Source: Marsupella aquatica (lineage: Eukaryota; Plantae; Marchantiophyta). From it: a stretch of DNA of 64,000 nucleotides. Position numbers and translations under genes: made by a program. Location of the stretch: assembly GCA_973895155.1 (NCBI GenBank), contig OZ316891.1, forward strand, positions 14,663,037 through 14,727,036, read 5' to 3'. Positions 24,238-38,955 of this stretch are shown one piece after another. Under the pieces are notes generated by a model. It was given only the letters and a program-made list of their open reading frames with translations, ran no database searches and was not told where the DNA came from. Within the stretch, counting starts at the first letter, position 1. Every line of letters starts with the position of its first letter.

Positions 24238-26009
24238 AATGACTATTTTTTGAATGTTAATAGAGACAAGGACAAAAATCATTATGCATGATCATCATGT
24301 TGTCATACATAACATCCCATAGTTCTGTCATCCACATAAATTTTGGTGGGGCCCTAGAGTCAAGGTCTAGAGACTTCATTCGAGTAGGCAAGGCCTCAGG
24401 CCAGGTTCTCTTTGCCATTTATTAGTAAGATGTGGAAAACTTGGAAACAAACAAGTTTTGGCAGCAGCCATTTAAAAAAAAAAACAGTAACAGACAACTT
24501 ATACTAAGTATAACCTCAACACAAATTATACCAGCAAATATAACAGTTTCAACTAGTTGCTCTAACAATTAAAGCAAACTTAACTCAATATTACGGCTGC
24601 TAACAAGCAAAGTAGCCTAACCTTACATTATTGATAGCAGCAAGTTTAGTTTTTAGTTTGCTTAATGCAAGAGATGCAAACCCTCAATATGGTCACATTG
24701 TTCCCCTAATCCCAAGATCTTGAAGATATAGAGTGCGGACTTGACATGACTTTGTATGTGGAAAACTCATGGTTTCTTGCAGAAAGTCCATGGCAACTTT
24801 TTGCAGGTGTTACCCCACGAAGAGCCAGTCAATTTTTCAATTACATTTCTTATAACCCCAAAACAAACATCCAATTACCAGTTCCAATTATGGCCCATTG
24901 TTTGACACCCCTTACAAGTGTGAACTGCTCTCCAATAGTCCATTGTTTGACATCCTTTACTAGTGAGTACTGCTCTACCTCAGGGCATAGAGCTATCCCA
25001 TCCACAATCCACCGATGCATCCATGCTCCACCCGACACTAACATGGTATTACAGTATCTCAAACCAGCTTTATCCACGTGTTTTTCTGTCAGCCACTATG
25101 GGAAATTTATGTTGGTAACCCTGACTGCAACCCAACTTTTTGGGCAAACTCAACCCAGGGGGTTTTGGTTTGAGACAGGTCACAACACCTGCCGTGTCAC
25201 CATCATTTTTGGAAGGGTGCCAACCAGCCATTTTGTAGTGAGGAAAACTTGTCAATTACTTAGTACCTTAAAAACAGGCAGGCAAATGATACTTAGGTTG
25301 CAAATTTTGAATCTGTGCCATTATTTAGCCCCTATTGAATTTGCTATATAGGGAAGCATTAACCTGAAAGTACTCCCAAAAGTACTGTACAATTCAGTAT
25401 CAGTAGTTCATAATCAGACTTCAGGCATATATGTACTCTAAAGTTCTTTCTCATTGCTTCTAGAGCTAGTTGCCACCTCCGCAAACTAAAAGAAAAAAAA
25501 TTGGTTGGCGTCAATGATTCTTGATGGGGCACCTAGTCATTTGCGTAAACTAGTATGACAAATGACAACTTGTCCGCTAAAAAATGGGTCATTTGTCAGA
25601 TATTCCTCTATATTCCCCGGCTGGGACCGACCTCTCGACCCGATCCCCCAACCCGACCTCCCAAACCCCCGACCCCCTGACCTGACCCCCTATGGATGTC
25701 ATGTCGGACCCAATGCCCCTATTTGTCGGACAAGTTCAAACCGGGTGTAGAAGAGTGAAACCAAAATAAAAGAACCTGAATTTGGATGAGACGAGTTTAC
25801 GGTACTCTAGAAGTGGAATATTTACCGTACGTCACATTTGTTAGAAGAGAAGTCGTGTACCGATATATTCTGTACTGTGTCAAAGCAGAGTTTGAGTTTC
25901 TTCAAGCTCTCCACAACAGAGTTGAACGACTCTCGTTCCTCTCTGAAGCAACTGCGTCCAGAGGGAGCAACCATTGCTCGAACCATTGTTTGTTCTGCAG
26001 GAAGGAAAC

Positions 26010-28621
26010 ATGGGTTTGATTGCGCAGACCATCGAGTCAGCGAAGAAAACCAATTTTCGCCAATTTTTTCTTCAAGCAATTAGTCTGGGTGAGTCGACAC
26101 GAAACTTTCAGCTGGTTCGATCTTCGAATCATTGATTGATGCCGGCAGGGGTGGTGCCTGGGGTTTAAGCGTTGTGTAGAAGCTCTGAGGGGATTGTTCT
26201 AATCTTTCTCAGCTGTATTGTACCGAAACAATAGCCAGTTGTCGTGGATGCAAAATTCGTTGTCTGGGTTCGGACCGGATGCAGTATTGACTGCTTGAAT
26301 CGAGATGGTTTGGAGGAACTCAGCGCATTTTTGAGCATTGCAGGAATGATCGTGACGTCTGCGCTGATTATATGGAAAGGGCTGATGTGCTTCACGGGCA
26401 GCGAGTCTCCGGTCGTCGTTGTGCTTTCTGGTAGCATGGAACCTGGTTTCAGACGGGTGCGTTTGCTTCTCCTCTCGCATGGTTGCCAGCCGGCCGGCCC
26501 GTCGGCCCTTTTCTCTGGTTGGTTGGTTCAACCCTAAGTCAGCTTGTTGTGGAAATTTGAAGGAAGGTCTTACCACCAATTCAAAAGGAAATTGTTTTGC
26601 TTTGTGAGGACCAAGAAAATTTCGTTGTGCACGTTCTAAATAACGTTCTATTCTGGTGATTCAGGGTGATATTCTCTTCCTACACATGAGCAAGGCCCCA
26701 ATTCGGAACGGAGAGATTGTCGTTTTTCATGTCGATGTAAATTTGTATCCCCTGTCCGCTGGCATTGTAATGCTTTTGACGAACTTAATGCACTCAAAGA
26801 TTGTCAGGGTTATAGTTAGATCATTTATAGTTGATTCAGAGTCCAGTAAGTAGTGACTTTTGTTCAGATATACGAGCTGTGCTGTGTTATCTTACGGAGG
26901 TCCGATTAGGACAAAGAGAACAAAGTAGAGAAGTTGCAACTTTAACGATGGACTTTGTGGTAACTAGGGTTTCCTGCTCTTAGATATCAGTTGCATTGCG
27001 GTCCTCTCTCTCTCCCAATTCTTGATGAGTTTACTGTCACTTTATGAACATGACCGCCTTGAAGTGAATCCTAATTATTGTCACTGATAATGTCCAGGGT
27101 CGTGAAATACCAATAGTTCATCGAGTAATTAAGGTGACTTATCCTTTGAATTGTGTTACGAACAGAAATGTCCCTACAACTGATTATTTCCATAAATGTG
27201 TGAACTATGTTTTGCCATTGACTATATCCTCATGCATTGTTTGAACGTTGTATAAATGTGTGAATAATATTTCAATTGGTTTTTACTTTGTCAATGTAGG
27301 TTCACGAACATCAAGACACTGGTGAGGTTGAGCTTTTGACAAAAGGTACACTATGGTGGTCCCCCGGAAAAACATTTCTTGGAGATAATTGTTTTTTCTG
27401 TTTCGTGTTTCCACAGAACGAGTTTACTGTGGATATTGTTTAAATTCAATTAAGAGAATGCAATACAATCTCTGTTGTACAAGTTCGTGGTGAAACCTTC
27501 TGCAACGACTGCATTAAGGTGCGTCAGAGGATGAAGGCATCGAGGTCATCGGAGGTGCTTACCACATTTGCTCATTACTGTAGGGGATAACAATTTTGGA
27601 GATGATCGGGTGCTGTATGCTCAAGGTCAGATGTGGCTTAAGCGACATCATATAATGGGGCGTGCTGTTGGGTAACATCAATTTACCATCTTCGGAATTG
27701 GTTTTTCGTGTTGCTTGCTGGGTATCGTTTTCGTGCGATTCCGCACAGTGACTTCAGACTTGATTTACGTGGCAGTCAAACTTTGGCCAGTGCAATGTGT
27801 TCCGATGCCTTGCAGTGTAATTGAAAACATTCTGCAAGGTGGTGGCTGTTTGTAAACAACAAAGGTCAACGTAGACGAGAAATTATGCCTGAGATGGGGA
27901 ATGGAAGATGGTTGCTAGAATTCTGCTAAGGAGAGAGTGTATGGTCATCTGATGAGAGAGATTTTGATTCAATAACTGTGTTGCAGGTTTCTCCCTTATG
28001 TTGGGTGGGTTACAATTATAATGACAGAGAAGCCTTTCATCAAGGTATGGTCATTTAAGTTATACTTTCTTCGAAGGTCACACGCCTAAGCAGTAAATAT
28101 AGAAACAAATCATCATGACAACAAGTCTAGGGAGTAAATATAGAAACAGCCGCGTTCGATCACACGTTTGAATGAACACACTCAAGTGCCCTCTGTTTGG
28201 ATGCCTTCCAAGACATGCACTTACGGTTTCACCAAGAGTTGAATAGCGTTCTTTTGAGGGTTTTTTCACTGCCTTTCTCGAAATCATGACAGAATCCCTT
28301 CTAAGAATCTTAAGTTTTGTCCCTGCTTTCTACCTTAATTAATCTAAGCTTCATTTCAGTAGGATTGTGAAATGTAGCCAAACTTGTGCAAGCATGGGTG
28401 ATTGGGCGACACAGCTAAGAACGAACAACGCGATAATGAATCTCAAGCTACTCCAAGAGGAGCTTAAAGAGTAGTATCTACCATCGTTCATTTCAGTTCA
28501 CAAAGAAGATTTGTGGGCATCCTGTTAAACTCGGGCAGTCTTGACTTTGAGTTCGTGGCTTGTGATGCAGTACATATTGATTGGGGCCCTTGGAGTTCTA
28601 GTAATTACTTCCAAGGAGTAA
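26010..28621 (+). CDS. SEC11: Signal peptidase complex catalytic subunit SEC11 (peptidase S26B)
   Basis: Exons 26010-26088, 26344-26456, 26665-26736, 27098-27133, 27300-27345, 27584-27671, 27987-28044 and 28571-28621. They give [10 protein letters not shown]...[25 protein letters not shown]...[15 protein letters not shown]...[16 protein letters not shown]...[15 protein letters not shown]...LVITSKE*. Catalytic Ser and His motifs are intact. Confidence 0.97.
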
Positions 28622-29580
28622 GTACTGAATTTATTAATTGTTCCAGAGAGTAGGTAATCCTTCCGCTCACAGGACTAGGGATAGGAGTGGCACTGTTACT
28701 AGTCTTGCGGAAATTCTTGAGTTGTAATTTCTTGTATCTTGTCCGTAAACACGTCACCTGGAAGAAGCTGACCAGCCAATCCAATAGGGAGGAGTCTATA
28801 ACATTATAAGTTAATATTCCATTTGGATGAGCACTTTGCAAGTAGTAGGAGGTGTCTGAAGTCAAGATGGGATAAGGAAGAGTGTTACATCAAGTACAAT
28901 GTGCGGCAAGTCCTTTTTGCTTCATTTCCCGATCTGGTTCTCACTGGAAGAGTGATACAACCATCAAAGTGATTGGTTCTAGGCGGAAGTACGAAACATG
29001 TACTCTCTTTACGTTTTTCGTAGGGACACTTTGAAAGTGCCGTCTTTTCATTGGATAGCTCTGTAATTTTAAATTTCGCCGAAATTGGATGGAGGCTTTC
29101 TCAAGTGAAGATTTTGCAGGTGAATGTGAACATCATGGCTTTTATAAATCTTACAGAAGTGGGAAGACGTCAGTTTCTCTTGATTAGGACTGTCTCCAGG
29201 TGAGGAAATTCCAGGTACTGAGTTAATCAAGAGGGCAGCGATTGCAGTCAATCAAGGCCCCTGATGCTTTAAATAAATTTTACTTTAACGATCCGTCAAG
29301 TGCGTCTCCACTACGGGGGCCATGAAAATGGAGGACATACACAGCAAAAAAGTGGATAATCGTGGCCAGCTACTTTTGTGTATAAGAAAGGGACTCAGTG
29401 CTAGGAAGCATCCACTGATGTGAATATCTCCTCTACGTAGAGATGCATTTGATGGATCGAGATAGTAAAATTTATTTTAGCGGCTAGTTTTGTGTTTAAA
29501 AAAGGGATTGAGTTCATTAAGTGCTAGGGAATATCTTTCGCAAGCCTATGTCTCAACTGACATGTTTGCAAAGCTTGTCC

Positions 29581-29898
29581 ATTTGCTTCGATGAGAAAGA
29601 CTAATTTAGAAATATGAATCGTGTAACGTGCAAGGCCCTTCCCTTCTAAGATTGTCTAGACCAGGTAACCTACTAGTCTGGACGTCACTGCTGTTAAGCT
29701 TTTGGTTCTCAACTGCACTGGGTTCGAAGTTTGCTTTGATGAGAGACTAATTTACAAATATGAAAATATGATTCTAATGTTTGAATGAGTTGCTTATTTG
29801 CAAATCTTTCCCCACTAAGATCGTGTAGATCAGGTACTCACTACTGTAGTTGAACGTCAATGCTGATAAGCGTCTTGGTTTTCAACTGGGTTCGAAGG
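29581..29898. repeat. Degenerate ~150-170 bp tandem duplication downstream of SEC11
   Basis: TTTGCTTyGATGAGA..GACTAATTTAxAAATATGAA...CTAAGAT...CAGGTA...CTGGGTTCGAAG repeated at 29581 and 29729. Confidence 0.75.
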
Positions 29899-31044
29899 TG
29901 AACCTGTGGTGGATACAACTACAAGTAAATGAAGCTTACGTAGGGAGGAGATGAATGGGTTACCTTGAACGGTTTTACTATTTGTTGAAACAGCAGGTTA
30001 GATGTAGCGGCATGTTTTACAAAGAACCTGGATAGACCATTGTAACTCAATGAATCTCTGTAGAACATCGTCTTTCGGTCATTTAGTACTTTCTCTTTGT
30101 ATGACAGTCGTTTGTGTCAGACGGTGTTTGGTTTTTGGGTCCTTGGATCAAACTCGGTGGTCCATGGTCCTTACTCAAACATGGTGGTCCATCAGGATCA
30201 ATCATGTCTGACAGAAAACCTGGATAGAGCATTTAATATTTTAATATGAATTGTGGTACACCTAAATAAAGTCCGGTTTGGTACACTGCGCTCCAATAAA
30301 GAAATTTGCATTCTAGAGAAGGATGTCGTGAAAGAGGTCTAAGCCGAAACGGAACTTTACTAGAACACTCATTATTCCGACCTGGTGCAAAAGAGAGATA
30401 AATGTGCTGCACTTAAAATAAAGTGGATATATTAAAGTGAAGGAGATCAACGTGCCACAAAAAAAAGGTTAGAGTCTAAAGGAGTATATTAAAAGCCTAT
30501 AAATTCACAAGCAGAAGAAAACCACTCTTCCTTGGTGGGTCCAAAATTTCCAAAAACTCTTGGTGAGATTCTTATTGACAGTAAAGATTCTCATGGATTG
30601 AGTCCTGGGGTGGAAGGGTGTGCATGAAGGCTAGTAGAGACACAGCGGAGGAAATTGTGCTGTTGGGGCCCAGTCCAACTCCTGGAGACCAGCTCAGCCT
30701 TGGTACCTGGGCTGGGCTGCCACAACAAGCTCAGACGATCTGTCCCTTGGTGGACCCCTACAAACCCTTATTTGGGCACCGTGGATTGAGTCAGCCTCCC
30801 TACCCTCACTGAGGTGCCAATGTATATTTGCTATGCTAGGGTGTTTGTAAGATGCAAGCAATCAGGAACTTTTCCTAATGAGGAAGAGTAATCCAATTGC
30901 TAGCGAGTCACAGCCGCCCTACCAATTCAGTATGAATTTGTGCAACTCTTGGGCACCTCTTTGTCAGAGAGGTCGCTAGCCACAGATGTGTTTGTGCATT
31001 ACCTCCATTTCCACTGTACTACAGTATGGGTGTTCTCACAGGGA

Positions 31045-31600
31045 AAGACTCTAGTGCATGTCTTGCACTCACTCCAGAATTGTTCTGCCCTGTCTGGCCA
31101 TTTCAGACAATCACCAATGGTAGACTCTAGGGCAGTAATGCATCTGCTTGTATAATTGATACATGATCCAACACTGGAGCCCCAAAACAACAAAGTTCTC
31201 TTCCAAACTCCATTCCCAGTATGCCCCAACCTCTCAGCAGGTTGCCAATTGAAGAGATTCTGGAGCCTGCTCATGCTTAAGCCAACCAAGGCAAAACAAT
31301 GCCTCCTTAATATCCATCCTGAAAATTTGCCTGAATTCGTTGGAAGGCAGAACCCTTCTGAAGAAAGTGTCAGCAAATTCCTTAGCTCTCGTTGTTTTTG
31401 TCCATTTTTCATAGTACCTCTGACTATCCAGAAGAGGATACAATCAAACCACTAAGTTGGTTGCATGAATGTCACTTGGATCATTGGTTATCCAAGCCTC
31501 TAAATCAAAAGACAAGTCCAAGTCTTCATCACTTCTAGAATGTGGAGACATAAACCCACTGCTACTGGAGGAGGTGTCTGATGATCCACTCATGCCATCA
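31045..31600 (-). mobile_element. Degenerate PIF/Harbinger transposase N-terminal fragment
   Basis: Frame-shifted translation NEFRQIFRMD...EQAPESLQLAT / ERLGHTGNG...WGSSVGSCINYTSRCITAL...CLKWPDRAE resembles the Harbinger FRM...QLA.ALERLG..GNG...WP region. No DDE core or TIRs were found. Confidence 0.6.
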
Positions 31601-34019
31601 TCCCCATTACTGCTTTCCATCATAATACTCAAATACAAGTGCGTCAAACCCATTTCAAGCAACAGCTTAATTTGGCATATTTTCAGAATGTCTAGGTTTT
31701 CATTTAAATTTAAGGGGACGTCTGTGGAACCCCACATAAAGGGAACATTCAGTCACAACATTTGAACCCAAGACCTATGAGTCACTACTCAGGTGAGCTA
31801 CCACACAACCATGCCTATGAGGGCATGTCTAGCTTTGTGACCATGACACAACAAACAAACATAGTGGACATGATTCACCCAACACAGTTCATTACATTTG
31901 AAGTGCTTGACAGGCTTGGAATTGATATATTTTAAGTTTCAAAAACCAGCACAATAACAATGCTGTGCAGTAGATGGTAGATTACATGGTGTAGAGTAAA
32001 TCAAAATGTGACTATGAGTCACCAAACCCTAAACCCTACTGTTATGAGCCCCTTGTCAATCACTCATTGTCACCAAAATATACGCTCATTATAGCCTTAC
32101 AGAGCTCCTCAATCAATTCGTTGGTACTGTTCTGTGTAACAAGAGCCTGAACAGGAGTATAACAATTTTGGGCTGTAGTGTGGTAAGAATGACTCAAGGA
32201 TCCGAAGCTCGCTCTGGAGTCCTTGGAGCCACTCTTGCTATCAACAGGGGCATGATTACGGTATCCAACAAGGTTATATAAGGAACTTTGATACCCTTCT
32301 CTGTTGTTTTGAGGAAAACCTTTGCTCTCGGAGTGATCTCCATGAGGGCATTGAAATGACCATTTTGTTGAGCTTCAGTGAAAGTACTAAAATCATCACC
32401 TGAGCTGAAGCACGGATGTAACATCCCACAAATTGACATAGATAGGAGGTGTGTTTGCATGCATAGCAGCAAAGTGATGATTTTAAACCGGAATTTGGGT
32501 ATGGGAGCTAGGCTCGTCACACTCCTCATGCACGGTACATTGACCAAATTCAACAGATTTGGAACAACATTTGAGGGCTTGCTTGATACACAAATTTCCA
32601 GGGGTAGGTATTGGGCAGGGTATTGGGTGCAACATAGTTTCCTATCCATACTAATGCTTGTGGGAAGCTCATGTTGTCCCCTCTGCCCCTATGATCATAA
32701 ACTTCAGATAAGCAAGTCCACTTTCCCATGTCTGCCTTTGAAACAACATAAACAATCGAAACCGTCATTAGATGAGCCAAAATCAGTAATAATGTTGCCG
32801 CCTACATTCATGTGCAATAATCTTCATTATAAGCATCATACCATGGTGAATTAGGAAACCTACTATGAATGCATGCAGGAGCCAAGATCAAAGCAACTTG
32901 AAGCTAGTGTTGTAGAGTTGGAACACATGAATTCAAGAGCGTAAAAAATACTAGTCGCCCTATCTAATCAGACCTGCAATGTTTGGGAGGTTAACTTAGT
33001 CTGTGTATATTCTGGGGTATCACATGTGATTTTGGTCTAATATAAATACACATAATTTACAAAGAAAATATTCCAAGAATAGTCTCAATTTTCAATACTA
33101 ATGACCTATATTACTTTATATAAGGTATTTATTAGAGAATGTTCTATAAATGTGAGTTATAATACCCTCTTTTGCCTCCAATGCTTTTTAAAGTTTAGCT
33201 AATTTCTATCAAAAATACCTATATTAGATTGCAAGTGGTTCCTAAGATTTTTGATATTTGGCCCTTTTGCCGCAATGTAATCAGAATAAATAGAGCTGCC
33301 ATGCTAGTTAATACTTACATACTTCCAAAGACTGGGCTAATAAACCCAAAAATAAGTAAAACACTCCCATAACTAAGGACTTTTTCCTTTGTTTCCTACT
33401 CATCACTACCAAACGTTGTCTTAGATCTCCCAGGGACATCCATCCGGCTACCGATTCAATGCCATTGTACGGGTCCTCACTAAGGCTTGCAACATCCGTC
33501 CCGGAGCTCTAGCTTGCAAGTTATGCACCATAATTATCAACACCCCTATTTCTCCTTGAGGATCACCAGGAGGCAGAGACATAATTCTATAAAAGTATCT
33601 CCCAATTGCTTGATAATACTACCAACTATTTACACTCCTATCAACAACAAAATTCTTCTCAACATTCTCCTCAAACTAAATTTTTGATTCTCTACAGAAG
33701 TCCTATGAGAGGTCAATTCATCAAATTCTAGAGTCTAGTAGAACATTCATGATAGAACAAAATTAAACCTTGAGATTGTGTCTCTCCTGGCAAGGGAGAT
33801 ACACCATATGTTACACTCAGAGACCAAGGTTTGACTCTACAAGACTGGGCCCAGTACATCCATATGATTAAAATTTGCTGATGGCATTGTTTGATACAAT
33901 GAATATATGCATACAGTCACATCCTTGTCAATGGTTGGATGGATTAACTTATATTCCTCTAGTGATAATTGCCTGGGAAACTCCATTCACTTTGAAACAG
34001 CCAGTGCTAACAACCCCCC

Positions 34020-34570
34020 AATGATGTCATGTAGTTAATAAGAGTCCAATTGGATACCATGTAATTTATAAACGTGATGCTATGTATGAGCCCAGTTGGG
34101 TACCATATTGATGTCATTCTGTTAATGAGAATCCAGTTTGGTACCGTTTAGTTAATAAACATGATGCTACGTTAGCACCATCTTGCCACCCGTTAATAAG
34201 TAGGAGCCCAATTGGCCTCAGTGTCAATGTCATGTCATTAACAAGAGCCCAGTTGGGTATCGTGTTGATGTCATGTTGTCAATAAGAGCCCAGTTGGGGA
34301 CTGTGTGCCCGACCGTGTGGTTATGTGGTTAACAAATGTGATGTTAGGTGAGTAAATCTTACCTCCCATTCACGCCCCCCTTAATAAGCATGAGCCCAGT
34401 AAATGGGTGCCTTGTCATTAGTAAAGCTGATCTTTGGTGGATACCATCTTGCCTACCTTAATTTAAGCATGATTCCAGGTGGGTATATACCATCTCTTGC
34501 CTCCAGCTAACAAGCGTGATCTGAGGTCAGTAGTACTATCTTGCCTCCCGTTAATAATGTGAGACCATCT
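34020..34570. repeat. Degenerate minisatellite (GTTAATAAGAGCCCAGTTGGGTACC...GATGTCAT-like units)
   Basis: Many imperfect recurrences of TTAATAA, GAGCCCAGTTGG and CCATCTTGCC motifs. Confidence 0.7.
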
Positions 34571-35199
34571 GGGTCCCATGTTGTGAATTCTTTGTTGGGA
34601 ACCATGTGGCCCCTTGTCCTATATAAGTGCAAACTTGCATAAATTCTTTTCCACTCTTTTCCCGTTCTCACTAAACAATAAGCGTGAACCTGCATCCCTG
34701 CCTGCATCACTTCTTCTCCACTCCTAGATCCTCTCCCCATTTACCAGGAAAAATGCAGTTTTCACATTGCTAGTGTGCATTGAAGGTGCCCTTGTCTCAC
34801 TCAATCTTTCTGTCCACAAAGTCATCAGGGCTTATCTTTTGGGTGAGAGAAATGACACCAATGAGAAAAAGTTGAGTCACAATTTCACATGACCTAATTC
34901 TCTCAAGGGCATTGTCAAGCATCTCGACAACTATAATGGCGAGCAATCAAATTTTGTGTGCAGGTTGTCAGGTATCAAGCATTTCATCTTGCGTTAGGTG
35001 TCTAGGGTGCTAGCTCCTACACGGGCGCCTAAAGGTTGGTACAAGGAGCAGCTAGATGTGAAGTCTTCATTCAATAATTATTGTGATTGACTCATTGAAT
35101 CAGCTCAAGTTGTAGCTAGAGTGACCACTGCCAATCAAGTTGGCAGTGACCACTCCTTGTGTTGGCATTATTTGTCTGAAAAACAGGGTCCATCAAGAT

Positions 35200-35810
35200 G
35201 ATAATGTCTCCTCAAGAGTTTCATTTTCACAGAAATGGCACATCACGTGCGCTGAAAGATAGGGTTGTTTTATTGGTTCTAAAGGAACACTTAAGAATTT
35301 TTGTAGACAAACCGGGAGACGAACAATTTTGAGACTCATAAGAACAGTAGGGTCTTTAATTTCATCAAAATTTAGGAATATTCCAACTTTATAGGGGTTA
35401 AAAACTAGGATTTTTTTCTTACATTTTAGGGAGTCCGAGGCCTAAAAATGTTGTAGGTGATGGGAAGGTCTCCATATCAAGATCCTCGAGATTGTCTCAG
35501 AGGCTTCACTTTCACAAAAATCACGTGCGATGAAGGATAGGGTCACTTTCTTGGTTTAAAGTATGGACTTAAGAATTTTCAGGGAAATAAGAATTTTCAG
35601 GGAAAAATATTAATGGAAAAGACCCTAATATTGGAGTGTGTTATTAAAACATTAGGGTCCTTTCTGTTAAAATTTTGAAATATCCCAAGAATATTCTAAC
35701 TTTAGAGGGGTTAGGTAAATTTGAGAACTTCTTACATTTTAGGGGTCCAAGGCCAAAAAACATTGCAGGTGATGGGGAGGCCTCCAAGTAGTGAGACCCC
35801 AAGGATATTG
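35200..35810. repeat. ~280-bp tandem duplication with an inverted relative at about 48780-49130
   Basis: TCACGTGCGxTGAAxGATAGGGT...ACTTAAGAATTTT...GAATATTC..ACTTTA.AGGGGTTA...CTTACATTTTAGGG occurs twice; reverse-complement motifs occur near 48.9-49.1 kb. Confidence 0.6.
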
Positions 35811-38447
35811 TTCATAAAAAATGGATGAGCAACCCATGGAAGGTTGTTATTGGGACTGATATGCCATTGCTCTTCACTTTTGTATAATAGTGATCAATAT
35901 GCATGCTACATTGTGGTATTGGACGGGTTCACATGTGCAAAATGAAGAACATGTTTGATTGATCCCCGGATTGATCTTGGTAGGTGACTATGTCAAGGGG
36001 TTTTCCAATTTGGAAAGTCTTGTGATGGGTTTTTCTTTAGTGCCTCTTGCCAGTTAAGCGTTTCTTGAAGTATGCTGCAATGTACACCCTCATCGGTGTA
36101 AACTTGTTCTTTTTCTTGCAAGATATGTGGCTAATGATTGTAGAGACTTGTTCAGACGTTGTAGATCCCTAAAGCTGAACAAATTAACGTGCCTATTGGA
36201 ATTTGAGGCAAAGGTTGCACCAACGGCCATCACACCACTTGTGCGCGCCCACAATAAAGCCTCCAACTACCACCATTCTCCCTCCAGACTCAATTGTCCA
36301 GGTCTGTTTTGAGCCTCTATCCAAGTGAAAATTTAACCCTCTTTGCCAATTGAACTAGTCAGTGACACAGAAGATGACCTAGGATATGGAGCACAGAAAA
36401 CCGTAGGGTGCAAGCATTTAGTTTGAGAGGCCTCCATCATGGCTATAGAAATGTGGGTTTGCATTTTCCAGCATTGCAAAACATTAGAGAGCAATCTTTT
36501 TGTATCATTCATATGAGTGTTTACAACTCTATTGTGTATTAAAAGGCCTGGCAAAGGCTTTCTCTAATCACAATTACCATCTGTGCAAGATTCAAGTCTT
36601 CAATGTGCTTTCAGATCTAACCTTGTTTTGTGCAATTCCCATTGAAATTTGTCAGGGTGCCATTGTGCACGACCAGTCAATGTTTGTCTATAATCAATGT
36701 GTATTCATTAGATTGGGTACCATCATACCCACCATCTTAGACCCATGTGTTCAACTAGTCCAAGGTTTCTCATAGTGAGTATGATGGTTATTGATTTGCT
36801 ATGGGAAAGCAAGATAAAGGGCATTTTGTGGGATTTCCGTGGATGTTACCTAGAGGGTAGGATATCAATAGCGTTAACAAAGGTTCAATGTGCAAATTTT
36901 TAAAATTAATTATGTCATACAAGTGACTATTGCTCACTACATGGTTACATTTTGGATTAAGAAGGCTAAGAGATTTCAATTGTTGATTGAAAGCTTGAGT
37001 TCCTTAATAGGTTCTCTAATTATGATGGTTTTGAAAATTTAGGAAAGCTGCTAACCATGTGAGGTGACGAATGTTGTATGATCCTCACACAATTCACAGG
37101 ATAACTATACTAATCTTTGTCATCAACATTTCTCTAGAAAAGTTTGTGTGAAAAGGCGTGGACACCCTGACATAGCACCTATGATGATGCATGGTTTTGA
37201 GCTTTGACTAAAGTGTAATATATGCATCACGATGTAGCCGGTGGTAACATATGTAAGAGTTTAACTCACCTTATGGCACGGATTATGGAGGATTTGATAT
37301 CCACCCAAATCTAATATTGAGCAGAACCAAGTCATCCATTCTATTAGTGACGAGGGAAAAAATTGCTCAAGATTTAGTTATTATTATAAACTGAACTCTA
37401 GTATTTCCTTGTTAGATATTTGCAAAATTTGTCTGCCTGAAGAGATTGGGCAAGCAGGCCAAAAACATTTGTCCTTCGCCATAACCATTAATTTTGAATA
37501 TTCAAATATTGACATGATTGCATGATGATAGGATGAGAGCATGATCATTTCCTTAATTTCTATGATTCCTGCAATTGTAGCTATGCTGCAATTCTGAGAA
37601 CCAAATGGGACTCTGCTAATTGCAAGGCCCCCATTTTGTTGGCAACACAAGGATTGAGAATTGACCAAGATAAAACAATTGCAGGGCATGCAGTCGTCAA
37701 ACAATTCAATACAAGTTCATATTTATGACTATTAACTAGTTTGATATAATAAATGTTCTAAGAGGGCTTGGTCCTGATTTAAAAGGTTGGCTCTAGTTTT
37801 TGATAAAAGGTTATGTCAACTTATTATCTTTCCACTCAGTACGTGGGTGGGAGAAAATCATTCTGGATCTCCGAGGGCTCAATCGGCTCTGTGAGGGTTT
37901 GAAGAGGCGGTTTGGTCAGTCTACTTGCCAGATGCCAGGAAGATGGGTACAATTTGGCATACTACAGTTAGGTTCTACTGGAAACTGTCTTCCAATCATA
38001 GACATTTTTCAGGGCATTTTGGGAGCATAATGCTCATGTCAAGATCTGGATCATCTCTTTAGGAAGATTTTCTCTACTTTACTGAAGTTTGAAAAAACAA
38101 TAGTCTCTCAAAGTCTTTAAGTGTAGTAAAGTCCTGTTTCCGGAGCATTATGGCCAATAATAACCACTCAAAACTACAGCCAAAGCTCTGGTTTTGGGGG
38201 GCACCATATCTATAATGCCATCTAAAATGGACGTTACTGTATAGGCAATCTAATTCTGTATCATGTGTGGGGTAGAGAGGGAAACCTAAGAAGGTTTGAT
38301 CATTACAAAATTGGGCAGGTCCTGACCTTCCTCCAAATTAATGTGCACACCAGCGGAGAGACACAACAGCCTTGCAAAATGTGTCCCACTATTTGCACAT
38401 TGAAATGTTACAATATATGCTATACTACAGATAACACTCACTCAGTG

Positions 38448-38492
38448 ATTTAATTTAATTTAATTTAATTTAATTTAATTTAATTTAATTTA
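38448..38492. repeat. (ATTTA)9 microsatellite
   Basis: Perfect pentanucleotide run. Confidence 0.95.
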
Positions 38493-38768
38493 AGCATAAA
38501 ATTTGAGCTGGTAGTGATATTATTGTACAGAGTAGATTCTCATATTCTGATGTGCAAATTCACGTGAGCATGCCAAATACAATAACTTTGCCACGCAGCA
38601 ACTTATTTAGTTATTTTTTAAGTGACCAGTCTAGTGGGGAATTATGCCGCACACTCGTGCACAAACGTTGCAGTCCCGACACACGAACCCCTGCACCGTG
38701 TGGGGAAAGGAATCAGGGGGCGAAATGGCCGCATTTGAGTGATCATGAAGAAGTCATCGTTTCTAACT

Positions 38769-38955
38769 AATCAAAAATAAGAGGCGATGCGCCCAAAGAC
38801 TGACAAATCAAGGACCTAAACAATTGTAAAGTCTAGAACCTACTCACCAAGACCAGTCATGGTCCTAATCAAACAAAAGCTAAAAGTGAAGCGCCCAAAG
38901 ACTGACAAATCAAGCACCCCGAATTGTCAAGTCCGGAGCCCGCTCACCAAAACCA
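38769..38955. repeat. ~100-bp tandem duplication upstream of the HMA gene
   Basis: GCGCCCAAAGACTGACAAATCAAG...AATTGT.AAGTC..GA.CC..CTCACCAA occurs twice. Confidence 0.75.

Noticed and set aside
24746-25351. 201-aa plus-strand ORF
   Set aside because: No recognisable motifs; lies in TE-like debris next to the LTR element.
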